Positions 39,826-49,115 of a stretch of 64,000 nt of DNA are shown in pieces. Made by a program: the position numbers and the translations under genes. Location: the NCBI GenBank assembly GCA_964528455.1, contig CAZGTH010000013.1, positions 85,805 through 149,804 on the forward strand. The letters are read 5' to 3'. Source of the stretch: an uncultured Planctomycetales bacterium (GTDB lineage Bacteria > Planctomycetota > Phycisphaerae > UBA1845 > Fen-1342). The number at the start of each line of letters is the position of its first letter. Positions within the stretch are counted from its first letter, which is position 1. The notes beneath the pieces were generated by a model, which saw nothing but the letters and a program-made list of their open reading frames with translations, was not told the origin of the DNA and did not search any database.

Positions 39826-41952
39826 TTAGGCGCGGCGCTCCGCGATCTCATTGGCGCACGCCGCCAGAAACTCAGCCAGCCCGGTATCGCCGAGCTGCTT
39901 GCCCTCGCGCGTACGCACATTCACTCTCCCCTGCGCCGCCTCCTGCTCACCGATGACCAGGATGTACGGAATCTTCATCAGCGACGCCTGGCGAATCTTC
40001 GCGCCAATCCGCTCGCTGCTCGCGTCCAGTTCCACGCGCAGCCCGATCCCACGCGCCTGCGCGAATACGCTGCGCGCGTAGTCTTCCGACTTCTCGCTGA
40101 CCGAGCAAACCACCAACTGCACCGGCGCCAGCCACAGCGGAAACGCCCCGCCGAAATGCTCGATCAAAATACCTGAGAAACGCTCCAGGCTGCCGAACGG
40201 AGCCCGATGCACCATCACCGGCTGATGCTCGGCGTTGTCCTCGCCGACATACCGCAGCTTGAACCGCTCCGGCAGATTGTAATCGACCTGCACCGTGCCG
40301 AGCTGCCAATCGCGACCGATGCAATCCTTAACCACGAAATCGATCTTCGGCCCGTAAAACGCCGCTTCGCCGGTTTCCTCGGTGAATTCCATCCCCGATT
40401 CGCGCACCGCCGCCCGCACCGCCGCCTCGGCCCGCGCCCAGTTCTCGCGCGAGCCGACGTACTTGTCGCTGTCATCCCGCAGGCCGACACGCACGCGAAA
40501 ATCCGTCAAATTCAACAGCGTCAGGACCTTCCGCGTCAGGTCCACGCAATCCGCCATCTCGGCGTGCAGTTGTTCCGGCGTGCAGAAGATATGCGCATCG
40601 TCCTGCGTAAAGCCGCGCACGCGCGTCAGGCCGCTGATCTCACCGGACTGCTCGAAGCGATACACCGTGCCGAACTCCGCCAGCCGCACCGGCAGATCGC
40701 GATAACTCCGCGCGTCCGACGCGAAAATGCGAATGTGATGCGGGCAGTTCATCGGCCGCAGCAGATAACCATCATCCGCCGCCAGCCACGTGCGAATCCG
40801 CTTCAAACGCTCATCTACCGGCGCGTCAAACGGATAACCGGGATCGTTCAGCTCCGGGTGATCCGCCGCGATCGACGCGAACAGCTTGCGCTCGGCGTCG
40901 GTCGCCTTCGGCGCCGAGTCCGTCCGCGCGACTTCCCAAAGGTCGTTCAACAGCCGCGCCCGCGCCGACTCAAACAATGGCGGGAACTGGCTCTCTTTGT
41001 AATACGGATAATGCCCGCTGGTGCGATACAGATCCAGCCGGCCAATGTGCGGCGTGTACACCGGCTGATAGCCGCGCGCCATCAACTCTTCACGCATCAG
41101 CGTTTCGAGCGAATGACGCATCACCGCGCCGCGCGGCTTCCACAGCACCAGCCCCGACCCCACCATCGGGTCGATCGTGAACAAGCCGAGGTCCTGGCCG
41201 ATCTTGCGATGGTCCCGCTTGCGGGCTTCCTCCATCTGCGTCAGGTGCGCCTTCAGCTCTTTCGGCGTCGGCCATGAAGTGCCATACACCCGTTGAAGCT
41301 GCTGCTTGGTCGCGTCACCGTGCCAATACGCGCCCGCGACCTGCATGATTTTGAAGGCCCCGACGCGTGTCGTGTCCGGCACGTGCGGCCCGCGGCACAG
41401 GTCTTCAAAACAGCCCGAATCGCGCGTACCGGTGACATAAAAGCTCAGCGTGTCGCCTTCGGCCCGCTCGGCGTTGTCCACCTTGTACGGATTCCCCTCC
41501 GCCGCGAGTTTCGACATCGCCTCGCTGCGGGAGATCTCATATCGCGTGAACGGCCGCCCTTCGGCGACGATCTCCGCCATCCGGGCCTCGATCTTCTCGA
41601 AGTCATCCGGCGTGATCGGTCGCGGCAAGTCAATGTCGTAGTAGAAGCCGTTTTCCACCGGCGGGCCGTAGACCAGCTTCGCCTGCGGGAAAAGGTCGCA
41701 GATCGCCTCCGCCATGACGTGGGCGCAAGAATGGCGCAGCGTCATCAGCCCGTCGGCGTCCTTGGCGGTCAGCACGGCGAAATCCACTTCGGCGTCGTGG
41801 ATTGGGGCTTTCAGGTCGACCAGCGCGCCGTTGACGCGGGCCACGAGCGCGGCCTTGGCCAAGCCCGGGCCGATGCCCGCCACGATCTCCTGCGCCGTCA
41901 CGCCATTGGGATGTTCGAGGACTTTGCCGTCCGGCAACCGCGCCTTCACCAT
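39826..41952 (-). CDS. thrS: Threonine--tRNA ligase
   Basis: A TGS domain start (MVKARLPDGKV) and class II aaRS motifs (FRxE-like, HRAPFGSLERF) are present. The start is chosen at MVKARL; the track ORF extends 126 nt upstream. Confidence 0.9.
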   Translation of the reverse strand: MVKARLPDGKVLEHPNGVTAQEIVAGIGPGLAKAALVARVNGALVDLKAPIHDAEVDFAVLTAKDADGLMTLRHSCAHVMAEAICDLFPQAKLVYGPPVENGFYYDIDLPRPITPDDFEKIEARMAEIVAEGRPFTRYEISRSEAMSKLAAEGNPYKVDNAERAEGDTLSFYVTGTRDSGCFEDLCRGPHVPDTTRVGAFKIMQVAGAYWHGDATKQQLQRVYGTSWPTPKELKAHLTQMEEARKRDHRKIGQDLGLFTIDPMVGSGLVLWKPRGAVMRHSLETLMREELMARGYQPVYTPHIGRLDLYRTSGHYPYYKESQFPPLFESARARLLNDLWEVARTDSAPKATDAERKLFASIAADHPELNDPGYPFDAPVDERLKRIRTWLAADDGYLLRPMNCPHHIRIFASDARSYRDLPVRLAEFGTVYRFEQSGEISGLTRVRGFTQDDAHIFCTPEQLHAEMADCVDLTRKVLTLLNLTDFRVRVGLRDDSDKYVGSRENWARAEAAVRAAVRESGMEFTEETGEAAFYGPKIDFVVKDCIGRDWQLGTVQVDYNLPERFKLRYVGEDNAEHQPVMVHRAPFGSLERFSGILIEHFGGAFPLWLAPVQLVVCSVSEKSEDYARSVFAQARGIGLRVELDASSERIGAKIRQASLMKIPYILVIGEQEAAQGRVNVRTREGKQLGDTGLAEFLAACANEIAERRA

Positions 41953-42234
41953 GGAGTTACACTCGGCATGGATCAGCGGGTTGATTGAATCGGCGCAAAA
42001 TGAAACGGCATAAGAAAAGCGGAACCTCTGCTGTCGTCGCGACGAAGGCCCGGTTCGGCGTCCCGCCGAAATGGCCATCCGACCAGTGTTCTAATGTACC
42101 CCACGCGGGGGGCAAGTCAACCGCAAACCCCGTTTCCGGGCACGGAAACGCGGCCCCCCTGGCCGTGCGCGGGCCACGCCAAGCACTGAACGCCCGCGCG
42201 CCCCGGGGCGCCTTGGGCGTCGCCGCGCAGTTGA

Positions 42235-42254
42235 GTAGGGTGCGGCTCGCCGCA
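42235..42254. repeat. REP-like element (family 2) left copy
   Basis: The 20-mer GTAGGGTGCGGCTCGCCGCA recurs at 43476. Confidence 0.5.
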
Positions 42255-42403
42255 CCAGCTCGCGCCCCGGCCATGGACGGCCCGCCCGCAGGCATCGAAC
42301 GCCGCCGCCCGGGATCGCGACGAAACCGGATCAGGGAGGCGAGAATGGGAATCGGCTCATGCAGGCCATCGCTGGAACCGCGTCGTTGGGGAGATCGTGA
42401 GTC

Positions 42404-43438
42404 ATGATCCTACTTGTGGCATTCCTGCTGATGGCGCTGGTCGTGTCGTTTCTATGCTCGCTCCTGGAAGCGGTGCTGCTGAGCGTTCCACGATCATATA
42501 TCGCGGTGTTGGTGGAGCAGGACAGCGTCTCGGGCAAGCGCCTGCAGCGCATGAAAGACGACGTCGACCAACCCCTGGCCGCCATCCTGACGTTGAACAC
42601 GTTCGCGCATACGCTGGGGGCGGCCGGCGTTGGCGCGGAGGCGGCGCTGTTGTGGGGTGACGCGTGGGTCGGCGTGGTCAGCTTCGTGGTGACCATCCTG
42701 ATTCTGGTCTTCTCGGAGATCATCCCGAAGACGCTGGGAGCGGTCCACGCCAAACGCCTGGCCCCCTTCGCCGCGTGGACGATTCAATGGTTGATCATCG
42801 TCTTGCGGCCGGTAGTCGCGCTTTGCAACTGGGTCTCCCTGCGCCTCTCGGGAGGGAAGCAGGCGGTTGCGCGATTGAGCCGAGACGAGGTTCGGAGCCT
42901 CGCGCAAATGGCATTGGCGGAGGGCGCGATCGATGACGCCGAGGCCACGCTGCTTCGCAATCTCATCGCGCTTCGGGACGTGACCGTCGAGAAGGTGATG
43001 ACCCCCAGAACGGTGGTCTTCGCGTTGCCGGCGAGCCAGACGGTCGGGGAGGTCATTGCCGGAGAGTTGCCGCGGTTCGCGCGCGTTCCGATTACAGGCG
43101 CATCGCTCGACGATCCGAAGGGACTGGTCCATCGGCAGGATCTCTTTCGAGCCGTCTGCGAGGCGCGGACTGCGACAACCCTCGCGGAATTGGCGCGTCC
43201 GTTGCACGCGGTGCCGTCAGTCGCGAAGCTGCCAGATGTCCTGAAGGATTTCGTTCATCGGCGGGAACACCTGTTCCTGGTCGTCGACGAGTACGGCGGC
43301 AGCGCGGGCGTCGTTACCCTGGAAGACGTCGTCGAAACGCTGCTCGGCCTGGAGATCGTCGACGAAACGGACGCCGTTGCGGACATGCGGCAACTGGCCA
43401 GGCAACTCCTGCACAAACGCCGTAAGCCACCCCGATAA
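42404..43438 (+). CDS. CNNM/HlyC-CorC family transporter (DUF21 + CBS pair)
   Basis: There are 4 N-terminal TM helices (DUF21) and two CBS domains. Confidence 0.8.
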   Translation: MILLVAFLLMALVVSFLCSLLEAVLLSVPRSYIAVLVEQDSVSGKRLQRMKDDVDQPLAAILTLNTFAHTLGAAGVGAEAALLWGDAWVGVVSFVVTILILVFSEIIPKTLGAVHAKRLAPFAAWTIQWLIIVLRPVVALCNWVSLRLSGGKQAVARLSRDEVRSLAQMALAEGAIDDAEATLLRNLIALRDVTVEKVMTPRTVVFALPASQTVGEVIAGELPRFARVPITGASLDDPKGLVHRQDLFRAVCEARTATTLAELARPLHAVPSVAKLPDVLKDFVHRREHLFLVVDEYGGSAGVVTLEDVVETLLGLEIVDETDAVADMRQLARQLLHKRRKPPR

Positions 43439-43475
43439 AGCGCCCACCCGGCGCAGCTCGAAAACGCCGAGCCGC

Positions 43476-43526
43476 GTAGGGTGCGGCTCGCCGCAGCAAC
43501 CAGCCATGCGGCAAGCCGCATCCTAC
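43476..43526. repeat. REP-like palindromic element (family 2) right copy
   Basis: GTAGGGTGCGGCTCGCCGCA and TGCGGCAAGCCGCATCCTAC form an inverted repeat with 2 mismatches around an 11-nt loop. Confidence 0.55.
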
Positions 43527-44035
43527 AAAGGCCTCCGCCGACCGGCTTCCAGCACCGCGAAGTGGTGTCGGGCGTGGATGATGTGAAACCGCCGCCACTG
43601 GGGGCCGGTCATCTCGCCCAGAATCGGGTGGGGTACCCAATTCGCGGCCCCTTGATCCAGCCGCGCCCTGAATGTGCCAACCGCCTGCCGGAGCCGTTCA
43701 ATCGCCGCCTGATTGTCCAAACGCCCCGATGGCGCGACGAAGGCCGGCGAGGGCGCGTTCTCGGGCAGCCGACCGCGCATCAACACGGCGTGCTTCATCA
43801 CCCATTGCTTCGCCCGCGTCAGAAACGGCCGCGGTTCGACGGCAGCGTCGGGCTCCCGCCGCGTCGCTTCCATCGCCAGCGCGAGATGTTCGCAGACCTC
43901 CGCCAGCGACCACGCCCGGCCGATCGTGGCGCCGGCCACCGCCAGCCGCTCCGCCTCGTCCACGATCCAGTCCAACGCGCGATCCGTTTGCACTCGCTCC
44001 CCTCCACCGCTCGCCGCGCCAGCCCGCCTCACCAT
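43523..44035 (-). CDS. DinB/YfiT-like (DUF1569-like) putative metal-dependent hydrolase
   Basis: The 170-aa protein has WSLAEVCEHL near the N-terminus and the HIIHARHH His cluster near the C-terminus. The start is chosen at MVRRAG; the track ORF extends far upstream. Confidence 0.45.
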   Translation of the reverse strand: MVRRAGAASGGGERVQTDRALDWIVDEAERLAVAGATIGRAWSLAEVCEHLALAMEATRREPDAAVEPRPFLTRAKQWVMKHAVLMRGRLPENAPSPAFVAPSGRLDNQAAIERLRQAVGTFRARLDQGAANWVPHPILGEMTGPQWRRFHIIHARHHFAVLEAGRRRPL

Positions 44036-44151
44036 TGTATTTGCGGCACTATGGGCCGGCCAAAGCGAAGCTCGGCGGGCGGGACGCGCGCCGCCGGCTG
44101 GCGTCGTCGCGCGGCGACTGGCGGCGGAAGCGACTGCCGCCGTTCCTTGGG

Positions 44152-45663
44152 CTACGCGCTCTCCCGCTTGAGGGCTGACCGAACCGCCGCGATCGCGCGG
44201 CGCACATCCTCGGCGTTCGTGCGCCAGTTGACGACACTCACGCGCATCGCGCGCATCCCGCGCCAGGTCGTGCCGCTGAAGAACGCTTCGCCGGACGCGT
44301 TCACCGCCGCGATGATCGCGTCGGTGCGGGCGTCGTGATCGGCGGCGGACGCCCCGGGGCGCGTGTCCCGAAACCGCGCCAGGCCCTGATTCAGCGTCGG
44401 ACGCCATAACGCCTCGGCCCCCGGCAACCCGCCGATGCCGTCGACGATCGCCAGCGCGTGATCGCAGCAGCGATCGACAATTTGTTCGACGCCGGCGCGG
44501 CCGAGTTCGCGCAGCGCGGCGTAGAGCGGGAAGCCGCGCGCCCGTCGCGACCACTCGGGGTTCCAGTCCATCTGGTCGCGCGCCTGCTTATCGGCGGTAA
44601 GGTAGCTGGCGCTCATGGTCATGCTGGCGCGGTGAGCGTCGCGATCGCGCACGATCGCCACGCCGCAATCGTATGGCACATTCAGCCACTTATGCGCATC
44701 GGTGGCCCAACTGTCGGCCAGTTCCACGCCACTTGTCAGCTTGCGTTTCGCGCGACTGGCGCGGGCGATCAGGCCGAACGCGCCGTCGACGTGCGTCCAC
44801 GCGCCGGCCGCCCGCGCGATCGGAATCACAACATCGAACGGATCAAACGCGCCAATGTTCAGGTCCGCCGCGTTGAGCGCCACGATCGCCGGCCCCGCAT
44901 GGGCGCGCAGCGCGGCTTCGACGGCGGCGACATCGACACACCCCTGTTGATCGGCCCCGACCGCGACAACCGACCGATCGCCGAAGCCGAGAAAGCGGAT
45001 CGCGCGGGCCAACGTGCCGTGACGCTGGTCGCTGGTGATGATCCGAACCGGCGGAGCCCCGAACAGGCCGAGCGCGTTCACATCCCAGCCGACGTCGCGC
45101 AGCACCGCGTGCCGCGCCGCGGCGAGGCATGTGAAGTGCGCCAACTGGCAGCCGGTGGTCAGCGCAAATGACGCGTCACGCGGCAGGTCGAGCAGCTCCT
45201 TCAGCCACGCGCCCGCGACTTCCTCCACAACGCCGGCGGCCGGCGCGCAGGCGTGCAGCGCCGCGTTCTGGTCCCACACGGAGGTCAGCCAGTCCGCCGC
45301 GACGGAGGATTCCACGCCTCCGCCGATGACCCATGCGAAAAACCGCCCGCCGGCCGAGCCGAGATGCCCGCCTTCCGTCGCCGCGACGAGGTCGTCGATC
45401 ACGCGTGCCGCGTCCGACCCGCTTTCGGGCAACGGGCCGCCGAGGCGGGCGCGCAGCGTTTCATACTCCACGCGCGCGCCGACCGGCTGCTGGTCGAGAT
45501 TCTCAAGGTAGGCGAGCGCGTGATTCGCCGCGCCGCGCAGGGCATCAAACTTCAGGCGGGTCTCTGTCTGCTGTCGGTCCAAGTTGCGGCTCCCCGGGTT
45601 CACCCGAAACTCTTCGAGCCGCAATTCTAATCCGCAATAAAGAAGAGCGTCGCGACCCCGCAA
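44152..45663 (-). CDS. Pyridoxal-phosphate-dependent group II decarboxylase (aromatic amino acid / diaminobutyrate decarboxylase-like)
   Basis: The PLP-Lys motif SWATDAHKWLNVPYDCG is present. The fold-type I layout is recognisable. Confidence 0.75.
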   Translation of the reverse strand: MRGRDALLYCGLELRLEEFRVNPGSRNLDRQQTETRLKFDALRGAANHALAYLENLDQQPVGARVEYETLRARLGGPLPESGSDAARVIDDLVAATEGGHLGSAGGRFFAWVIGGGVESSVAADWLTSVWDQNAALHACAPAAGVVEEVAGAWLKELLDLPRDASFALTTGCQLAHFTCLAAARHAVLRDVGWDVNALGLFGAPPVRIITSDQRHGTLARAIRFLGFGDRSVVAVGADQQGCVDVAAVEAALRAHAGPAIVALNAADLNIGAFDPFDVVIPIARAAGAWTHVDGAFGLIARASRAKRKLTSGVELADSWATDAHKWLNVPYDCGVAIVRDRDAHRASMTMSASYLTADKQARDQMDWNPEWSRRARGFPLYAALRELGRAGVEQIVDRCCDHALAIVDGIGGLPGAEALWRPTLNQGLARFRDTRPGASAADHDARTDAIIAAVNASGEAFFSGTTWRGMRAMRVSVVNWRTNAEDVRRAIAAVRSALKRESA

Positions 45664-45727
45664 AGGGCCGCGACGCTCGGATTTGCCAGACTTGCGGCGA
45701 CGACAGGCGTCGCTGCGTTACGTCAAC

Positions 45728-47743
45728 TTACGGGCACGACAGGCCGAACAGCGAGAGCAGACCCGCGAGGTCCGACAGGTCGATGCAGCCGCTGTTGTCC
45801 AGGTCGGCCAGCGGGTTGTAACCGCCGTCCGTGTCGCACAGACCGAACACAGCCAGCATACCGGCCAGGTCGGCGAGGTCGATCGAGCCGCTGTCGTCGA
45901 GATCGCCGACGCAAGCTTCGTCTTCGACGACTTCAAACGTGGCGCTCGTGCTCCAGTCGCTGACGAGGAAGTCACGCAGCGCCCGGACGCGGACCTGGTA
46001 GTCATTGCCGACAACCGTGGGCGTCCACGGCGTGCTGGTCGCGTCGACGCCGGTCTCGGCGATGATGTCGGTCCACACGACGTTGTTCGCGGTGAACAGA
46101 ACGTCATCGATGTAGACGTTGTCTTCGCCATTGCTGACCGAGCCGTCCTTGTCGTATTCCCAGCGCAGCGTGTGCGTGCCGGCCGGGATCGAGTCGCTGT
46201 ACTGGGTCCAACCGTTGCTACCGGACACATGCAGGAAGCGCACGCCGTCGATGTAGAAGTTGAGATAATCCCAGCTGGACTCCGTGCTCGTGCGGTACCA
46301 GAAACTGAGCGCCGAGGGTCCGACGACTTCGAGTTCCATCCAGCTCAGTTCGTCATCGTCGATGTTCCCGTTGACCGCCGAGCGGGCGCCCGAGTGGTCG
46401 GACTGCGTGGTCGTGATCCAGTTCGCGTTCCCACCGGTCGTGAACCCGGCCGGCAGCGAGGGCGACTCAAAGCCTTCGTTGAGCATCGACACGTCGTTGG
46501 CGTTGGCGCTGACCTGAACGTGATACGTCACGTTCGGCTCGCCGACGGTCCACGTCACGTTGGTCGACTGATTCGCGGGCAGCATTTCGCCGCCGGTCGG
46601 GAAGGTGATGGTCGGCGCGGCCGGCGGACCGACGCGGAACGGCTTGAGGACGATGCCGTCGAGGTTGGCGGGGCCGGAGGTCGAATCAAACCAGAAGCTG
46701 TAGGTGGTGCTCCAGCGGAGCGCGTTGGCCTGGTTCGGGTCAGCGTTGGGCTGCACCTGCCAGGAAACGGTTCCCGGGGCGTTCGCGTTGGTCCAATCAG
46801 CGTTGTCCGAGATTTCGCCGGAGTGATAGAGCACATCGCTGAAGCCGATGTTGCTGATCGCGGCGGCGTTGTCGAAGTTGACGGTCACCTTGCCGACGCT
46901 GAGGTGCGAATTGAGATTATGGATCGCCATTTCCCAATGCCAGTTGCCACCGCCGGTGTTCGTCGCCTTGTAAGCGACAATGCAACGACCGTCGGACGGG
47001 AAATCGACCGTGGAGATGACGACGCTCGGATCAACCGCCTGCCAGGCCATGATCGCCGGCTGCTGCTGCACCGTGCTGCCCTGCAGCGCCATGTTGAACG
47101 GGCTGGAGCCGAAAGTGACGCGGCGATACGACGCGTTGTTGTAACCGTTGCCGGCCGCAGCGTCGTCCGGCGTCACGTAGTGACCTTCAACCCAGTAGGT
47201 TGCGCCGGCGTTCTGGGCCGGGTCGACATCGGACTCGAGCACATTCAGACGTCCGGCGAGCGTGGCATCACCTGACGGATCGGTGTGGTTCGCGATGAAG
47301 GCGCCGGTGTAGGCGTTGACTTCGAACTTGGGTCCGAGACGGCTTTGAGACCCGTTGAGGCCGGAGCCGTATGGGTCCGAGCAGAAAAGGCCCAGTCGAT
47401 CGCCGAGGTTGCCGTCGCACGTGCCGCAGATGCCGTTGTTCACGGCCGCGAAGGCGTGCTTGAGCCAGCTCTGACCGACCATCTGAAAGCGGCCGTTCTT
47501 CAATCGATAGAGGTTCTGACCGATGACCGGATGGTTCGTGGTGCCGGAAATCCACAGCAGTTCAAAGTCACCGATGTTGCACGAAGTCGTGCCGATTGAG
47601 TAGGCGCGCGTGCCGCCGGAGGCGCCCCAGTTCGACGTGTTCGGCAAGTCGGCCACAATCACATCCGGCCCGGCGAACGCCGCCGAGGCGAGACAACACA
47701 GCAACGACGCTCTCACGATTCCTCGCATCTTCATCCCTTTCAT
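45728..47743 (-). CDS. Large secreted protein of unknown function with a C-terminal tandem dockerin-like module
   Basis: The start is chosen at MKGMKMRG with a signal peptide. The 672-aa protein ends in CVGDLDDSGSIDLADLAGMLAVFGLC...CIDLSDLAGLLSLFGLSC. Confidence 0.6.
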   Translation of the reverse strand: MKGMKMRGIVRASLLCCLASAAFAGPDVIVADLPNTSNWGASGGTRAYSIGTTSCNIGDFELLWISGTTNHPVIGQNLYRLKNGRFQMVGQSWLKHAFAAVNNGICGTCDGNLGDRLGLFCSDPYGSGLNGSQSRLGPKFEVNAYTGAFIANHTDPSGDATLAGRLNVLESDVDPAQNAGATYWVEGHYVTPDDAAAGNGYNNASYRRVTFGSSPFNMALQGSTVQQQPAIMAWQAVDPSVVISTVDFPSDGRCIVAYKATNTGGGNWHWEMAIHNLNSHLSVGKVTVNFDNAAAISNIGFSDVLYHSGEISDNADWTNANAPGTVSWQVQPNADPNQANALRWSTTYSFWFDSTSGPANLDGIVLKPFRVGPPAAPTITFPTGGEMLPANQSTNVTWTVGEPNVTYHVQVSANANDVSMLNEGFESPSLPAGFTTGGNANWITTTQSDHSGARSAVNGNIDDDELSWMELEVVGPSALSFWYRTSTESSWDYLNFYIDGVRFLHVSGSNGWTQYSDSIPAGTHTLRWEYDKDGSVSNGEDNVYIDDVLFTANNVVWTDIIAETGVDATSTPWTPTVVGNDYQVRVRALRDFLVSDWSTSATFEVVEDEACVGDLDDSGSIDLADLAGMLAVFGLCDTDGGYNPLADLDNSGCIDLSDLAGLLSLFGLSCP

Positions 47744-48137
47744 ATACTGCCTCCTCAACGCCGACGCTCCTCGGTCGACGCGGCGCCTGCTCACGCTTAC
47801 ACACCGGCGGCGGCCGCGCATCGGCGGCGCCGTCATATGTGAAACCGGAATAGGCGTTACGCGGAGCGGGTTCCTGACGCTCCAAATTTGAATCGGGCCG
47901 CGCCGGCAGAGGGCCGGGCGGTCTGAGACTATTCCCATTATAAGCCGGAACTACGGCTGTTTCCAAGCCCCCGTCCGCGGGGCCGGAAGATTATCCCCAA
48001 AGAATTTTCGCCCCGATCCGACGGCGGACGGACAGGGCTGGGTATTTTGCGTTGACGATGTCGTTATAGGGCGTCAGTAGCGCCATGGAGGGTCGTGACG
48101 GGGCCGGTCAGGAGGGTCGGCTCTCTGACGTCTTTTC

Positions 48138-49115
48138 TTACGCCTCCGGCAGGCGCGCGGCGTGAATCGACATGGCCCGGGCCGATCGCAGGTCTTTGAT
48201 CTGCCGCTCGATCTCGAGAAAATCATCGCGCTTGGCGGCGTATGCCGCGCGAACTTCCGACGGCGTCAGCACGGCGTCCTCGGTAATCACACCCGTTACG
48301 CGATCCAGCGCGATCCAGTCGTGCGAGAAGACCTCCTTCTCCACTTCCACGCCGGCAATCGACTTTCGCCGCGTCTCCCGCCAGGTGATGGAGGCGTCGT
48401 CCGTCCAATAGCTCCACTTATTGGTCGTGAGCGTCGCGTACGTGGGCACGTTCGCCGGGCCGAGGAGATTGATGACGTTGGCCGACCCGGGCGCCATGAT
48501 CAGCTCTTCATCCGCGTTCAGCGTCAATGCGGTAAAGAGCGCGAGGTTCAGGCGTCCGACGACGTGCGATAGCGAGTACTCCGACACGACGCGAAACGGA
48601 ACGCCCGTGTTCGTCAGCGACTTGACGATGCGGCCGGTGCGCGCGTGTTCCTGTTCGGCCACATAGGCCAGCGGCTTGCGCCCCTGTGCCGCCGCGATCT
48701 GCAGCGCGACTTCCAGCGTGCCGCTGTAGCTGTGCAGCAGGACGTTCTGCCCAGACTGAATCAGCGTCGCGGCGCGTTCGGCGGCGACGCGCTTGCGCTG
48801 CTCTTTCCATTGCAGCATGCGCGGCAGTCGGGCGCGCAGCGCATCCGGCTCCGTGTCGCGCCGCTTCAATTCCACAATCATCAACTGAATGTCGCTGATG
48901 ACATTGGCCATCCGCGGCCGCATCTCCAACATCAGATCATGCAGGTCGATCAGGTGTGACAGCACGGCCGCGTTCGACTTGTCGCCGACAAACAGATCCA
49001 TTGTGGCGCTGATCGCGCGCACCACGTCGCCCGCGATCGCGTCGGAGCCGTTTTCCCGATCGAGCAGCAGCAGCTGGTTATTCAACGTCTCCAGCAGATT
49101 CTGGTCGCTCATCAT
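48138..49115 (-). CDS. eIF-2B alpha/beta/delta family protein (MtnA / ribose-1,5-bisphosphate isomerase-like)
   Basis: Family blocks NVLLHSYSGTLEVAL, GVPFRVVSEYS, and TLNADEELIMAPGSANVINLLG are visible. The start ATGATG overlaps the stop of the upstream permease. Confidence 0.55.
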   Translation of the reverse strand: MMSDQNLLETLNNQLLLLDRENGSDAIAGDVVRAISATMDLFVGDKSNAAVLSHLIDLHDLMLEMRPRMANVISDIQLMIVELKRRDTEPDALRARLPRMLQWKEQRKRVAAERAATLIQSGQNVLLHSYSGTLEVALQIAAAQGRKPLAYVAEQEHARTGRIVKSLTNTGVPFRVVSEYSLSHVVGRLNLALFTALTLNADEELIMAPGSANVINLLGPANVPTYATLTTNKWSYWTDDASITWRETRRKSIAGVEVEKEVFSHDWIALDRVTGVITEDAVLTPSEVRAAYAAKRDDFLEIERQIKDLRSARAMSIHAARLPEA

